From assembly GCA_963747235.1 (NCBI GenBank), contig CAVVEU010000024.1, positions 352,001-416,000 on the forward strand: a stretch of DNA of 64,000 bases. Direction: 5' to 3'. How positions within the stretch are numbered: position 1 is the first letter of the stretch; every line of letters begins with the position of its first letter. This stretch comes from an uncultured Candidatus Rokubacteria bacterium (GTDB lineage: Bacteria; Methylomirabilota; Methylomirabilia; Rokubacteriales; CSP1-6). The notes beneath the pieces were generated by a model that worked only from the letters and a program-made list of their open reading frames with translations, was not told where the DNA came from and searched no databases. Shown in pieces: positions 53,509 through 61,554 of the stretch. The position numbers and the translations under genes are program-made.

Positions 53509-53724
53509 ATGAACAAGGACATCCTTGCCGGCAAGTGGAAGGAGATGAAGGGGCGCGTGAAGGAGCAGTGGGGAAAGTTCACCGACGATGAGCTGGATCG
53601 CGCCGAGGGGAAGGCCGAGCAGATGATCGGCCTGCTCCAGCAGCGGTACGGTTATTCCAAGGAGCGGGCGCAGGAGGAATACGACCGCTTCATGCGGGAC
53701 CAGGAGACGGAGGTCCGCCGCTAG
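53509..53724 (+). CDS. csbD: CsbD/YjbJ general stress protein
   Basis: MNKDILAGKWKEMKGRVKEQWGKFTDDELD...GLLQQRYGYSKE. Confidence 0.92.
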   Translation: MNKDILAGKWKEMKGRVKEQWGKFTDDELDRAEGKAEQMIGLLQQRYGYSKERAQEEYDRFMRDQETEVRR

Positions 53725-53745
53725 AAGCGGATTCTCCTGTCGACG

Positions 53746-53773
53746 AGCGGCGGCGCCACCGGGCGCCGCCGCT
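53746..53773. terminator. Hairpin between convergent csbD and livF
   Basis: Perfect 12-bp stem AGCGGCGGCGCC/GGCGCCGCCGCT, 4-nt loop; weak U tract. Confidence 0.6.
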
Positions 53774-53780
53774 TCTCGCG

Positions 53781-54497
53781 TCAGAGCGCCAGGTACTGCT
53801 GGCGGATCGCGTCGTTGTCGCGGAACTCCCGCGCGGTGCCCTCGAAGCGGACGTGGCCCTTCTCGAGCACGTAGACTCGATCGGCCAGATCGAGCGAGAA
53901 GCCCACGTTCTGCTCGGCGAGCAGGATGGTGAGGCCTTCGCGCTTGAGGCGCCCGATCTGCTCCTTGAGGTGCTCGACCACGAGCGGGGCGAGGCCCTCC
54001 GACGGCTCGTCCAGGAGCAGGAGCTCCGGGTTGCCCATCAGGGTGCGGGCGATGGTGAGCATCTGCTGCTCGCCGCCCGAGAGGAAGCCGCCCTGCCGGT
54101 CCACCAGCTCGCGCAGCTTCGGGAAGAGATCGAAGACGCGCTCCACCGTCCACCCGCCCGCCGCCGAGCCGCGGCTGGCCACGTCCAGGTTCTCCCAGAC
54201 CGTGAGATCCGCGAAGATGCGCCGATCCTCCGGGATGAAGCCGATGCCCGCGCGGGCGATCTGGTAGGGCGCCCGGCCGGTGACGTCGCGGCCCTTCCAC
54301 ACCACGCGGCCGCGGCGCGGCGGGGTGAGGCCGATGATGCTGCGCATGGTGGTGGTCTTGCCGACCCCGTTGCGCCCGAGCAGGCAGACGCACTCGCCGC
54401 GGGTCACCTGGAGCGTGACGCCGAAGAGCACCTGCGAGAGCCCGTAGGCGGTGTAGACGTCCTCCACGGCGAGCACCCGCTCCGGCGTCGCGGTCAC
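53781..54497 (-). CDS. livF: ABC ATP-binding protein (LivF family)
   Basis: GRNGVGKTT, LSGGEQQML, LDEPSEGLAP. Confidence 0.9.
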   Translation of the reverse strand: MTATPERVLAVEDVYTAYGLSQVLFGVTLQVTRGECVCLLGRNGVGKTTTMRSIIGLTPPRRGRVVWKGRDVTGRAPYQIARAGIGFIPEDRRIFADLTVWENLDVASRGSAAGGWTVERVFDLFPKLRELVDRQGGFLSGGEQQMLTIARTLMGNPELLLLDEPSEGLAPLVVEHLKEQIGRLKREGLTILLAEQNVGFSLDLADRVYVLEKGHVRFEGTAREFRDNDAIRQQYLAL

Positions 54498-55231
54498 CGG
54501 CTCTCTCCCAGGTAGACGCGCCGCACCTCGGGGTCGCTCCGCACCTCCGCGGGGGTGCCGTCCGCGATCACGTGGCCCTGGTGGAGCACCGTGATCCGAT
54601 GCGCGATGGAGAAGACCACCTCCATGTCGTGCTCGGTGAAGAGCAGGGTCAGCCCCCGGTCGGCCGCGATGCGCTCGATCAGGCGGATGGACTCGCGCGT
54701 CTCGGAGGCGGACATGCCGGCGGTGGGCTCGTCGAGCAGGAGGATCTCGGGCTCGAGCGCGAGCGTGATGCCGAGCTCGAGCTGCTTCTGGTTGCCGTGC
54801 GAGAGAAAGCCCGACGTCTCCTGGGCCTTGTCGAGAAGGCCGACCGCCTCCAGGAGCGCCTCCGTCTCCGGGCGGTAGAGGCGCTCCACCGGGGTGAAGA
54901 GGTTCCAGCCGCGCCCGCGGTGGCACACGAAGGCGGCCTGGACGTTCTCGTACACGGTGAGGCGCGGGAAGATGTTGGTGCGCTGGAACGACCGGCCCAT
55001 CCCGAGCCGGCAGAGGTCGTGGGGCGCGATCCCGGTCACGTCGCGGTCCTTGAAGACCACGCGCCCGCCGTCGGGCTGGAGGTGCCCGGTGATCAGGTTG
55101 AACAGGGTGGTCTTGCCCGCGCCGTTGGGGCCGATGATGGCGCTGATCGAGCCCTTGGGCACCGTGAAGGACACGCCGCCCACCGCCTGGAAGCCGTCGA
55201 AGCTCTTGCTGATCTCCTGGACGTCAAGCAC
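54494..55231 (-). CDS. livG: ABC ATP-binding protein (LivG family)
   Basis: GPNGAGKTT, LSHGNQK, LDEPTAG, EHDM. Confidence 0.9.
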   Translation of the reverse strand: MLDVQEISKSFDGFQAVGGVSFTVPKGSISAIIGPNGAGKTTLFNLITGHLQPDGGRVVFKDRDVTGIAPHDLCRLGMGRSFQRTNIFPRLTVYENVQAAFVCHRGRGWNLFTPVERLYRPETEALLEAVGLLDKAQETSGFLSHGNQKQLELGITLALEPEILLLDEPTAGMSASETRESIRLIERIAADRGLTLLFTEHDMEVVFSIAHRITVLHQGHVIADGTPAEVRSDPEVRRVYLGESR

Positions 55232-56207
55232 CGGCGGGTCTCCGCGCGAGCCGCCGCCAGAGATCGATCACCGCGCCCGCGATCCCGCCCGGGAACACGA
55301 AGAGCAGGAGGACCAGGATGCTGCCGAGGATCAGCGGCCAGTACTCGGTGTACGACACGATCTGCTGGTTGAGCCCGATGAGCGCCACCGCCCCCACCGC
55401 GGGCCCGTAGAAGGTGCCCATGCCGCCCAGCAGCGTCATGATCAGCACCTCGGAGGACTTGGTCCAGTAGGCGAAGTCGGGGAAGACGCCGCGGTTGAAG
55501 ATGCCGAAGAGGCCCCCGGCCAGGCCCGCGAAGGCCCCCGCGATCACGAAGGCGGCCAGCTCGTAGCGCCGCACGTTCACCCCGATGAACTCGGCGCGCT
55601 CCGCGTTCTCCCGGATCGTGGTGAGCATCCGCCCGAAGGGCGAGGCCACGATGCGGCGGAGCATCCAGAAGCACGCCGCGACCAGGACGAGGCAGGTGAA
55701 GTAGAAGTAGTCGGAGGTGCGGTAGCCGCCCACGAAGGGGAGCACCGCGGCCACCCGCTCCACCCAGTCGAAGCTCGGGTAGGGGATCTCGGGCATGCCC
55801 TGCTCGCCGCCGGTCACCTCGTTCCACTTGAAGCAGATGGCCCACACGATCTGGGCGAAGGCGAGCGTGAGCATCGCGAAGTAGATGCGGGTGAGGCGCA
55901 CGCAGAAGAAGCCGAAGACCAGCGCGCAGAGCCCGGCGATGACCCCCGCGGCGGGGAACGCGATGAGGAACGAGACGCCCAGCTTCTTCATGAGGAGCCC
56001 GGTGGCGTAGGCCCCGATCCCGAAGTAGGCCGCGTGGCCGAAGGAGACGAGCCCGGTGTAGCCGACCAGCATGTTCAAGCTGGTCGCGAAGAGCGCCCAG
56101 ATGACCATGTCGTTGGCGAGGAACGTGTAGAAGCGCGAGCCCATCGACGGCACGCAGAAGGCGACCGCCAGCACGAGCAGCACCCAGGGGATCTTGGCCA
56201 GGCGCAT
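55224..56207 (-). CDS. livM: ABC permease (LivM family)
   Basis: GYTGLVSFGHAAYFGIG, YFAMLTLAF, SPFGRML. Confidence 0.9.
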   Translation of the reverse strand: MRLAKIPWVLLVLAVAFCVPSMGSRFYTFLANDMVIWALFATSLNMLVGYTGLVSFGHAAYFGIGAYATGLLMKKLGVSFLIAFPAAGVIAGLCALVFGFFCVRLTRIYFAMLTLAFAQIVWAICFKWNEVTGGEQGMPEIPYPSFDWVERVAAVLPFVGGYRTSDYFYFTCLVLVAACFWMLRRIVASPFGRMLTTIRENAERAEFIGVNVRRYELAAFVIAGAFAGLAGGLFGIFNRGVFPDFAYWTKSSEVLIMTLLGGMGTFYGPAVGAVALIGLNQQIVSYTEYWPLILGSILVLLLFVFPGGIAGAVIDLWRRLARRPAGA

Positions 56208-56210
56208 GGG

Positions 56211-57095
56211 TTACTTGAGCGGGCGGCCCAGGAGGCCCCAGGGGCGGATGATGAGCACCGCGGCCATGAGGGCGAAGACCGCGAAGATCGAGAAGCGCGG
56301 GAAGAAGAGGATGCCGAAGGAGAGCACCTGGCCGTAGATGACCGCCCCCAGGAACGTGCCCCAGAAGGAGCCGAGGCCGCCGATGACCACGACCACGAAG
56401 GCCTCCACGATGACCTCGGTGTCCATGCCCGGCACGGTGGCCCGCATGGGCGCGATGAGGGCGCCGCCGAGGCCGCCCAGGAACGAGGCGAGCACGAACA
56501 CGCCGGTGTAGAGCCCGTCCACGTTCACCCCGAGCGCGCCCAGGGTCTCGCGATCGAGCGCGGCGGCCCGGATGAAGCGCCCGGTGCGCGTGCGCTGCAG
56601 CACGAACCAGAAGGTCAGCGCGATCGCGGGGCCCAGCAGCAGGATGAAGAGGTTGTAGTGCGGCACGGTGGCCCCGAAGACGTGGAAGGCCCCGGTCAGC
56701 TCCGGCGGCCGGCTCACCGACTTCTGCTGCGTGCCCCAGATGATCTTGGCCACGTCGCTCAGGATCAGCACCAGGGCGTAGGTGAACAGGAGCTGGTAGA
56801 GCTCCTCCTTGCCGTAGAGGTGGCGGAAGAGGAAGCGCTCGATCACGCCGCCCATGATGGCGACCGCGGTGGCCGCGCCGAGGGCGGCCAGCCAGAAGCG
56901 CCCGGGGCCGACCCCGATCCACTGCACGAGCTGGAAGGCGCTGTAGGCGCCCAGCATGTAGAAGGTCCCGTGCGCGAAGTTCAGCACGCGGAGGACGCCG
57001 AAGATCAGGGAGAGCCCGGAAGCGATGAGGAAGAGGAACATCGCGGCGGTGAGGCCGCTCAGGCTCTGGGCGAAGACGAACGACGGATCGGGCAT
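56211..57095 (-). CDS. livH: ABC permease (LivH family)
   Basis: GLSLIFGVLRVLNFAHG, VIGGLGS, RPWGLLG. Confidence 0.9.
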   Translation of the reverse strand: MPDPSFVFAQSLSGLTAAMFLFLIASGLSLIFGVLRVLNFAHGTFYMLGAYSAFQLVQWIGVGPGRFWLAALGAATAVAIMGGVIERFLFRHLYGKEELYQLLFTYALVLILSDVAKIIWGTQQKSVSRPPELTGAFHVFGATVPHYNLFILLLGPAIALTFWFVLQRTRTGRFIRAAALDRETLGALGVNVDGLYTGVFVLASFLGGLGGALIAPMRATVPGMDTEVIVEAFVVVVIGGLGSFWGTFLGAVIYGQVLSFGILFFPRFSIFAVFALMAAVLIIRPWGLLGRPLK

Positions 57096-57120
57096 TTAGG
57101 ATGAAGACGAGCGGTACGGT

Positions 57121-57206
57121 GGGTGCGGACGGCGGCAGGGCGGGGGCGCTCCCGGTGAGTGGTGCACCGAACAAGGGAGCGTTCCCGCCCTGCCGCCGTC
57201 CCACCC
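57121..57206. repeat. Long intergenic inverted repeat (~32-bp arms) between the binding-protein and permease genes
   Basis: Arms 57121-57153 and 57175-57206, with one bulge and two mismatches. Confidence 0.8.
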
Positions 57207-57215
57207 GGCCGGGCG

Positions 57216-58403
57216 CTAGTCCATGAATTTCGTCGGGTCGATGTATTCCACCGGCTTCATGATCGGGAACGGATACTTGGGATCCTTCACCGTCTTGCCG
57301 TAGAGCTGGCCGCGATTGGCCTGGTGATCCTTCTCTCGAATCGTCTGCTTGCCGATGGGCGTGTCGATCGTCAGGCCCAGCAGCGCCTTGGAGACCTTGT
57401 CGGAGTCGGTGCTGCCCGCCTTCTTGATGGCCTCGGCCAGGAACTGCATGCCGATGTAGCCCTGGATGGCCCAGGACGACGGGTACTCGTCCTTCAGGTA
57501 CTTGGAGAGCCGAACGATGTACTCGCGATGGGCGGGGGTCTCGGCTCCGTAGAAGGCATCGTAGGAGTTGCCCCAGATGCCCACCGGGTAGTCCGCGCCC
57601 ATCGACTTGGTCGTCTCCGGGGAGCCCGCTTCGCCGAGCCCGATGAAGTTGTACTTGACGGCGTCGAACATGCCGAGGGCGCTGGCCTGCTTGGAGTAGG
57701 TGACGAAGAAGCCGCCCCAGATGGACGACACGATGGCCTCGGGCTTCTTGGCCATCTGGGCGTTGATGAACGGGTTGTAGTCCTGCTCGCCGAGCTTGGG
57801 CCACTGCTGGTCCACGATCTGCACGCTCGGCTTGATCTTCTTCATGTGCTCGACGAACGCCTTGGTCACGTCCTGGCCGTAGGCGTAGTCGAAGGCGATG
57901 GTGGCGACCTTGGTCACCGGCCACTTGGCCACGATCTCGGCCGCGCTGCGCCCCTCCATGGTGGTGTTGGCCGCGACGCGGAAGACGTAGGGGTGGAGCT
58001 TGTCGGCGGCGGTGAGCTGGTCGGTCTTCGGGATCGGCGCGATGAAGACGACCTTGTTCTCCTTGGCCACCACCGAGACCGCCGGGCCTTCCGCGGAGGT
58101 CAGCGTGCCCATCAGGAAGTCCACGTTGTCCTTCAGGATCATCTCGCGGGCGACCCGCACCGCTTCGTTGGCGTCCGCCTTGGAGTCGCGGATGACCAGC
58201 TCGATCTTGCGGCCGAGCACGCCGCCCTTGGCGTTCAGCTCCTCGACGAACATCAGGGCGCCCTTGGAGGCGGGCTCTCCGAACAGCGCGGGCGGGCCCG
58301 AGAGGGGCAGGGGCACGCCGACCTTGATCGGCTTCTGGGCGCTGGCGGCCAGCGGCATCGCCAGCACCAGGGCCAGCAGCATCGTGAGTACGCGAAGCAT
58401 CAT
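57216..58403 (-). CDS. livK: Leu/Ile/Val-type ABC substrate-binding protein
   Basis: Signal peptide; PIKVGVPLPLSG, NAKGGVLGRKIEL, YVFRV, DYAYGQ. Confidence 0.88.
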   Translation of the reverse strand: MMLRVLTMLLALVLAMPLAASAQKPIKVGVPLPLSGPPALFGEPASKGALMFVEELNAKGGVLGRKIELVIRDSKADANEAVRVAREMILKDNVDFLMGTLTSAEGPAVSVVAKENKVVFIAPIPKTDQLTAADKLHPYVFRVAANTTMEGRSAAEIVAKWPVTKVATIAFDYAYGQDVTKAFVEHMKKIKPSVQIVDQQWPKLGEQDYNPFINAQMAKKPEAIVSSIWGGFFVTYSKQASALGMFDAVKYNFIGLGEAGSPETTKSMGADYPVGIWGNSYDAFYGAETPAHREYIVRLSKYLKDEYPSSWAIQGYIGMQFLAEAIKKAGSTDSDKVSKALLGLTIDTPIGKQTIREKDHQANRGQLYGKTVKDPKYPFPIMKPVEYIDPTKFMD

Positions 58404-58419
58404 GGGAAGCCTCCTTTGG

Positions 58420-59673
58420 CTACGAGAGATTGCGCGTCACGAACCGGCCGCCCTTCATCACCGAGAGGCGGCTCCGGTCCTGAAGAATCGCGATGTCCTT
58501 CAGGGGGTCGCCGTTCACCACCACGAGGTCGGCCAGCTTGCCGGGCTCGAGCGTGCCGATCCGGTCCTGCATCCGCATCAGCTCCGCGCCGTACCGCGTG
58601 GCGCACGTGATGGCCTCGAGCGGCGTGAAGCCGATGACGTCCACGAAGACCTGGATGTCCTTCGCGTACTCGCCGTGCGGGTTCCAGGCGAAGCCGAAGT
58701 CGCCGCCCGGGCACATGCGGATGCCCAGGTCCCGGGCGCGCCGATACGTATCCGAGGCCTGCTTGATCTCGTCGCGCAGCCCCGAGGGCCCCACGATCTC
58801 CTCGGTGATGCCGAAGCGCGGCCCGTTCTCGATGATCGAGTAGAGGTAGCGCAGCCCCGGGACCAGGACCAGGCCCTGGTCGGCGATCAGGCGCAGCGTC
58901 TCGTCGTCCGCGTAGGTCGCGTGCTCGATCGAGTCCACCCCGGCCTGGGCGGCCACGCGGCTCGAGCGGGCGCCGCGCACGTGGGCCGCCGCGATGCGGC
59001 CGCGCATGTGCGCCTCCTCCACCAGCACGCGAACCTCGTCGAGGGTATAGGTGCAGTCCGCGATCGGGGTGTGGGGCAGCAGCGCGTCGCCGCCCACGTA
59101 GCACTTGATCACGTCGGCGCCGTCCTTGATCGAGCGCCGCACCGCGATCCGGATCTGGTCCGCCCCGTCCGCGATGAGGGCGAGCCCGTCCATGCCGAGC
59201 TTGAGGTAGGACGGGTTCCAGTCCGACATGCCGCCGGTGGCCACGATGTCACGGCTCGCCGCGAGCAGCCGCGGGCCCGGGTAGAGGCCCTCGTTGATCG
59301 CGCGCTTGAGCGCCACGTCCACCCCGTGCACCGAGCCGGCGGAGCGCGCGGCGGTGTAGCCGTGGGAGAGCGCCAGCTCCGCGTTCCTGGCCGAGACCAG
59401 CGTGGAGTACTCGGGCGGGCAGTTGAGGTCGAGATCCGCGATCACCTTCACGTTGTTGTACGAGAGGTGGATGTGGGCCTCGACCAGCCCGGGGATCACG
59501 CTGCGGCCGGCCAGATCAACCACCTGCGTGTCCGCGCCGGAGGGCGCGTCCCCGGCCGCGAGCGGCCCCGCGTGCACGATCGTTTCGCCCTCGATCACGA
59601 GACTGCCGTCGCGCGCGGGCGCACCGGTGCCGTCGATCACGTGGGCGTTTTTCAGGAAGATGCGCGAGGGCAT
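58420..59673 (-). CDS. Metal-dependent amidohydrolase (Xaa-Pro dipeptidase-like, Amidohydro_1)
   Basis: PGLVEAHIH, GADVIK, AAH, SIEH, GGD, GKLADLVVV. Confidence 0.88.
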   Translation of the reverse strand: MPSRIFLKNAHVIDGTGAPARDGSLVIEGETIVHAGPLAAGDAPSGADTQVVDLAGRSVIPGLVEAHIHLSYNNVKVIADLDLNCPPEYSTLVSARNAELALSHGYTAARSAGSVHGVDVALKRAINEGLYPGPRLLAASRDIVATGGMSDWNPSYLKLGMDGLALIADGADQIRIAVRRSIKDGADVIKCYVGGDALLPHTPIADCTYTLDEVRVLVEEAHMRGRIAAAHVRGARSSRVAAQAGVDSIEHATYADDETLRLIADQGLVLVPGLRYLYSIIENGPRFGITEEIVGPSGLRDEIKQASDTYRRARDLGIRMCPGGDFGFAWNPHGEYAKDIQVFVDVIGFTPLEAITCATRYGAELMRMQDRIGTLEPGKLADLVVVNGDPLKDIAILQDRSRLSVMKGGRFVTRNLS

Positions 59674-59675
59674 GG

Positions 59676-60572
59676 CTAGAGCGCGGGGAGACCCGCGGTG
59701 GCGACGCGGATGCGGTAGACGGAGGTCGACGCGGTGATGTAGAGGCTCCGGTAGTCCGCGTCGCCCCAGGCGAAGTTGGCGACGTACTCCGGCACGTGGA
59801 TCACGCCCAGGCAGACCGCGTCGGGGCTGAACACGTGAATGCCGCCCGGGCCGCAGCAGTAGACGTGGCCCGCGGAGTCGATCTTCATCCCGTCGGGCGC
59901 GCCCTTGCCCTCGCCGGTCGTCTCCGCCCACACCTTGCCGCCGGAGAGCCCGCCGTCGCCCTTCACGTCGAAGACGCGGATGTGCAGGCGGGCGGTGTCG
60001 TTGACGAAGAGCCGGCGGCCGTCGAGCGAGAAGCAGAGCCCGTTCGGCCGGTCGAAGTCGTCCGCGAGCAGCACCGGGCTCTTCGGGTCCGGCCCCACGC
60101 GGAAGAGGCCCTGGAAGGCCAGCTCCTGCGGCCGCGGCACGCCGTAGAACTCGGCGCGGCCGTACGGCGGGTCGCTGAAGTAGATGCCGCCGTCCGCGGA
60201 GCAGACGACGTCGTTCGGGCTATTGAGCTGCTTGCCCTGGAAGTGCGTCGCGAGCGGGACGATCTGGCCGCCGGGCTCGGTGCGCGAGATCTGGCTCGAG
60301 GCGTGCTCGCAGGCCACGAGCCGGCCCTGGCGATCCCACGTGAGGCCGTTGGACTTGTTGCAGGGCTGGCGAAACGTGGTGACGCCGTCCGCGGCCGACC
60401 ACCGGCGCAGGTGATCGCCGGGCATGTCGCTCCACAGCAGATACCGGCCGGCCGGGTGCCAGAGCGGGCCCTCGGTGAAGAGGCACCCGGTGGCGATCCG
60501 CTCGAACTCGACCCGGTTGCCCACGACCTGCGTGAAGCGCGGCTCGCGGATCGAGACGGAGGACGCGGTCAC
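59676..60572 (-). CDS. SMP-30/gluconolactonase family protein
   Basis: FTEGPLW, SNGL, LNSPND, PNGLCFS, PDGMKID. Confidence 0.9.
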   Translation of the reverse strand: MTASSVSIREPRFTQVVGNRVEFERIATGCLFTEGPLWHPAGRYLLWSDMPGDHLRRWSAADGVTTFRQPCNKSNGLTWDRQGRLVACEHASSQISRTEPGGQIVPLATHFQGKQLNSPNDVVCSADGGIYFSDPPYGRAEFYGVPRPQELAFQGLFRVGPDPKSPVLLADDFDRPNGLCFSLDGRRLFVNDTARLHIRVFDVKGDGGLSGGKVWAETTGEGKGAPDGMKIDSAGHVYCCGPGGIHVFSPDAVCLGVIHVPEYVANFAWGDADYRSLYITASTSVYRIRVATAGLPAL

Positions 60573-60760
60573 TTGGACATGCGCTCGCCGGGCTTGCCGC
60601 CGACGTACCAATCGGGGGGATCGACCTCCTCGAAGACGACCCAGACCGCTTCCTTGGGAAGCTTGGTCACGTCGGTGATCGCGGCGGTGACCCGCTTCGC
60701 GATCTCGTTCAGGTTATCCTTGCCCCAGCCTTCGTAGATGCGGATGTTGACGAATGGCAT
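60569..60760 (-). CDS. 4-oxalocrotonate tautomerase family protein
   Basis: M-PFVNIRI with catalytic Pro1; WVVFEEV..DWYVGG; 63 aa; GGAG Shine-Dalgarno. Confidence 0.88.
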   Translation of the reverse strand: MPFVNIRIYEGWGKDNLNEIAKRVTAAITDVTKLPKEAVWVVFEEVDPPDWYVGGKPGERMSK

Positions 60761-60875
60761 CGGAGTCTCCCTTGGCTCCGGAGTGGGCGAGAGCACACGC
60801 CCTCCCGGGAAAGTGGCCGGAGACTAGCACGCCGGCCGGGGACCGGGCAAGGCACGCCGTGCGAGGAGAAGGGTG

Positions 60876-61255
60876 ATGGACAGGGGGCTGGGCTGCTGAA
60901 GCGCCTCGACACGGCGTGGGGCGCGTTCCAGGACTCGTACGCCGGTCTCTCGGCTGCGGAGCTGATGGAGCCGGGTGCCACGGGCGATTGGTCGGTGAGA
61001 GACATCCTCGCGCACGTGGCGACGTGGGAGGAGGAGGCCCTCACGTACCTGCCGCTCATCCTGGAGGGTGGCAGGCCACCGCGGTATCGCGTCACCTATG
61101 GCGGCATCGACGCCTTCAACGCCCTGATGATGGAGCGGAAGAGGAGTCTGCCGCTCTCCGAGGTGCTGCGACAGGTGGAGGCGATCCACCGCCGGATCAT
61201 CGATCTCGTCCGTAGTCCGCGAAGAAGCCGTGCCCCACGCCGCCTTCCCGCTTGA
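60876..61255 (+). pseudogene. DinB/ClbS-DfsB four-helix-bundle gene, C-terminally truncated, indel near the start
   Basis: WSVRDILAHVATWEE, IDAFNA; similarity ends near 61213; no C-terminal His helix. Confidence 0.65.
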
Positions 61256-61435
61256 ACAGCTCGGGCGCCACCGTGTAATAGCCGTCCTTGGCGAAGCGCC
61301 GGGTCACGTCCTTCACCCACTCGTGCAGGCCCCAGATCTCCGAGATCCCGATCGGGGCATTGGTGGCGTTCGCGGGGCGCACCTCGTAGACCGGCATCTT
61401 GTAGCCGCCGATCGCGACCTCCGCATCGCCGGATC
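61197..61435 (-). pseudogene. Dienelactone hydrolase remnant with an internal deletion
   Basis: ISEIWGLHEWVKDVTRRFAKDGY..VAPELF joined directly to GHGFFADY; the GFCxGG nucleophile region is missing. Confidence 0.7.
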
Positions 61436-61494
61436 GGTGATGATCCGCGAGGCGGGCAGAGGCTAGCCTGCCGCCCACCCCGGTCGACAAGGAC

Positions 61495-61519
61495 CCCCGC
61501 GCACGAAGACTGCGCGGGG
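61495..61519. terminator. Hairpin downstream of the TPR-like gene
   Basis: CCCCGCGCA-N7-TGCGCGGGG. Confidence 0.5.
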
Positions 61520-61554
61520 ACCCCCGGGGTTCCCTTGACGGAGCGCGTCGAAGG

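Noticed and set aside
60850-60863. GGCACGCCGTGC as a sigma-54 promoter for the DinB-like gene
   Set aside because: The spacing is two bases too short.
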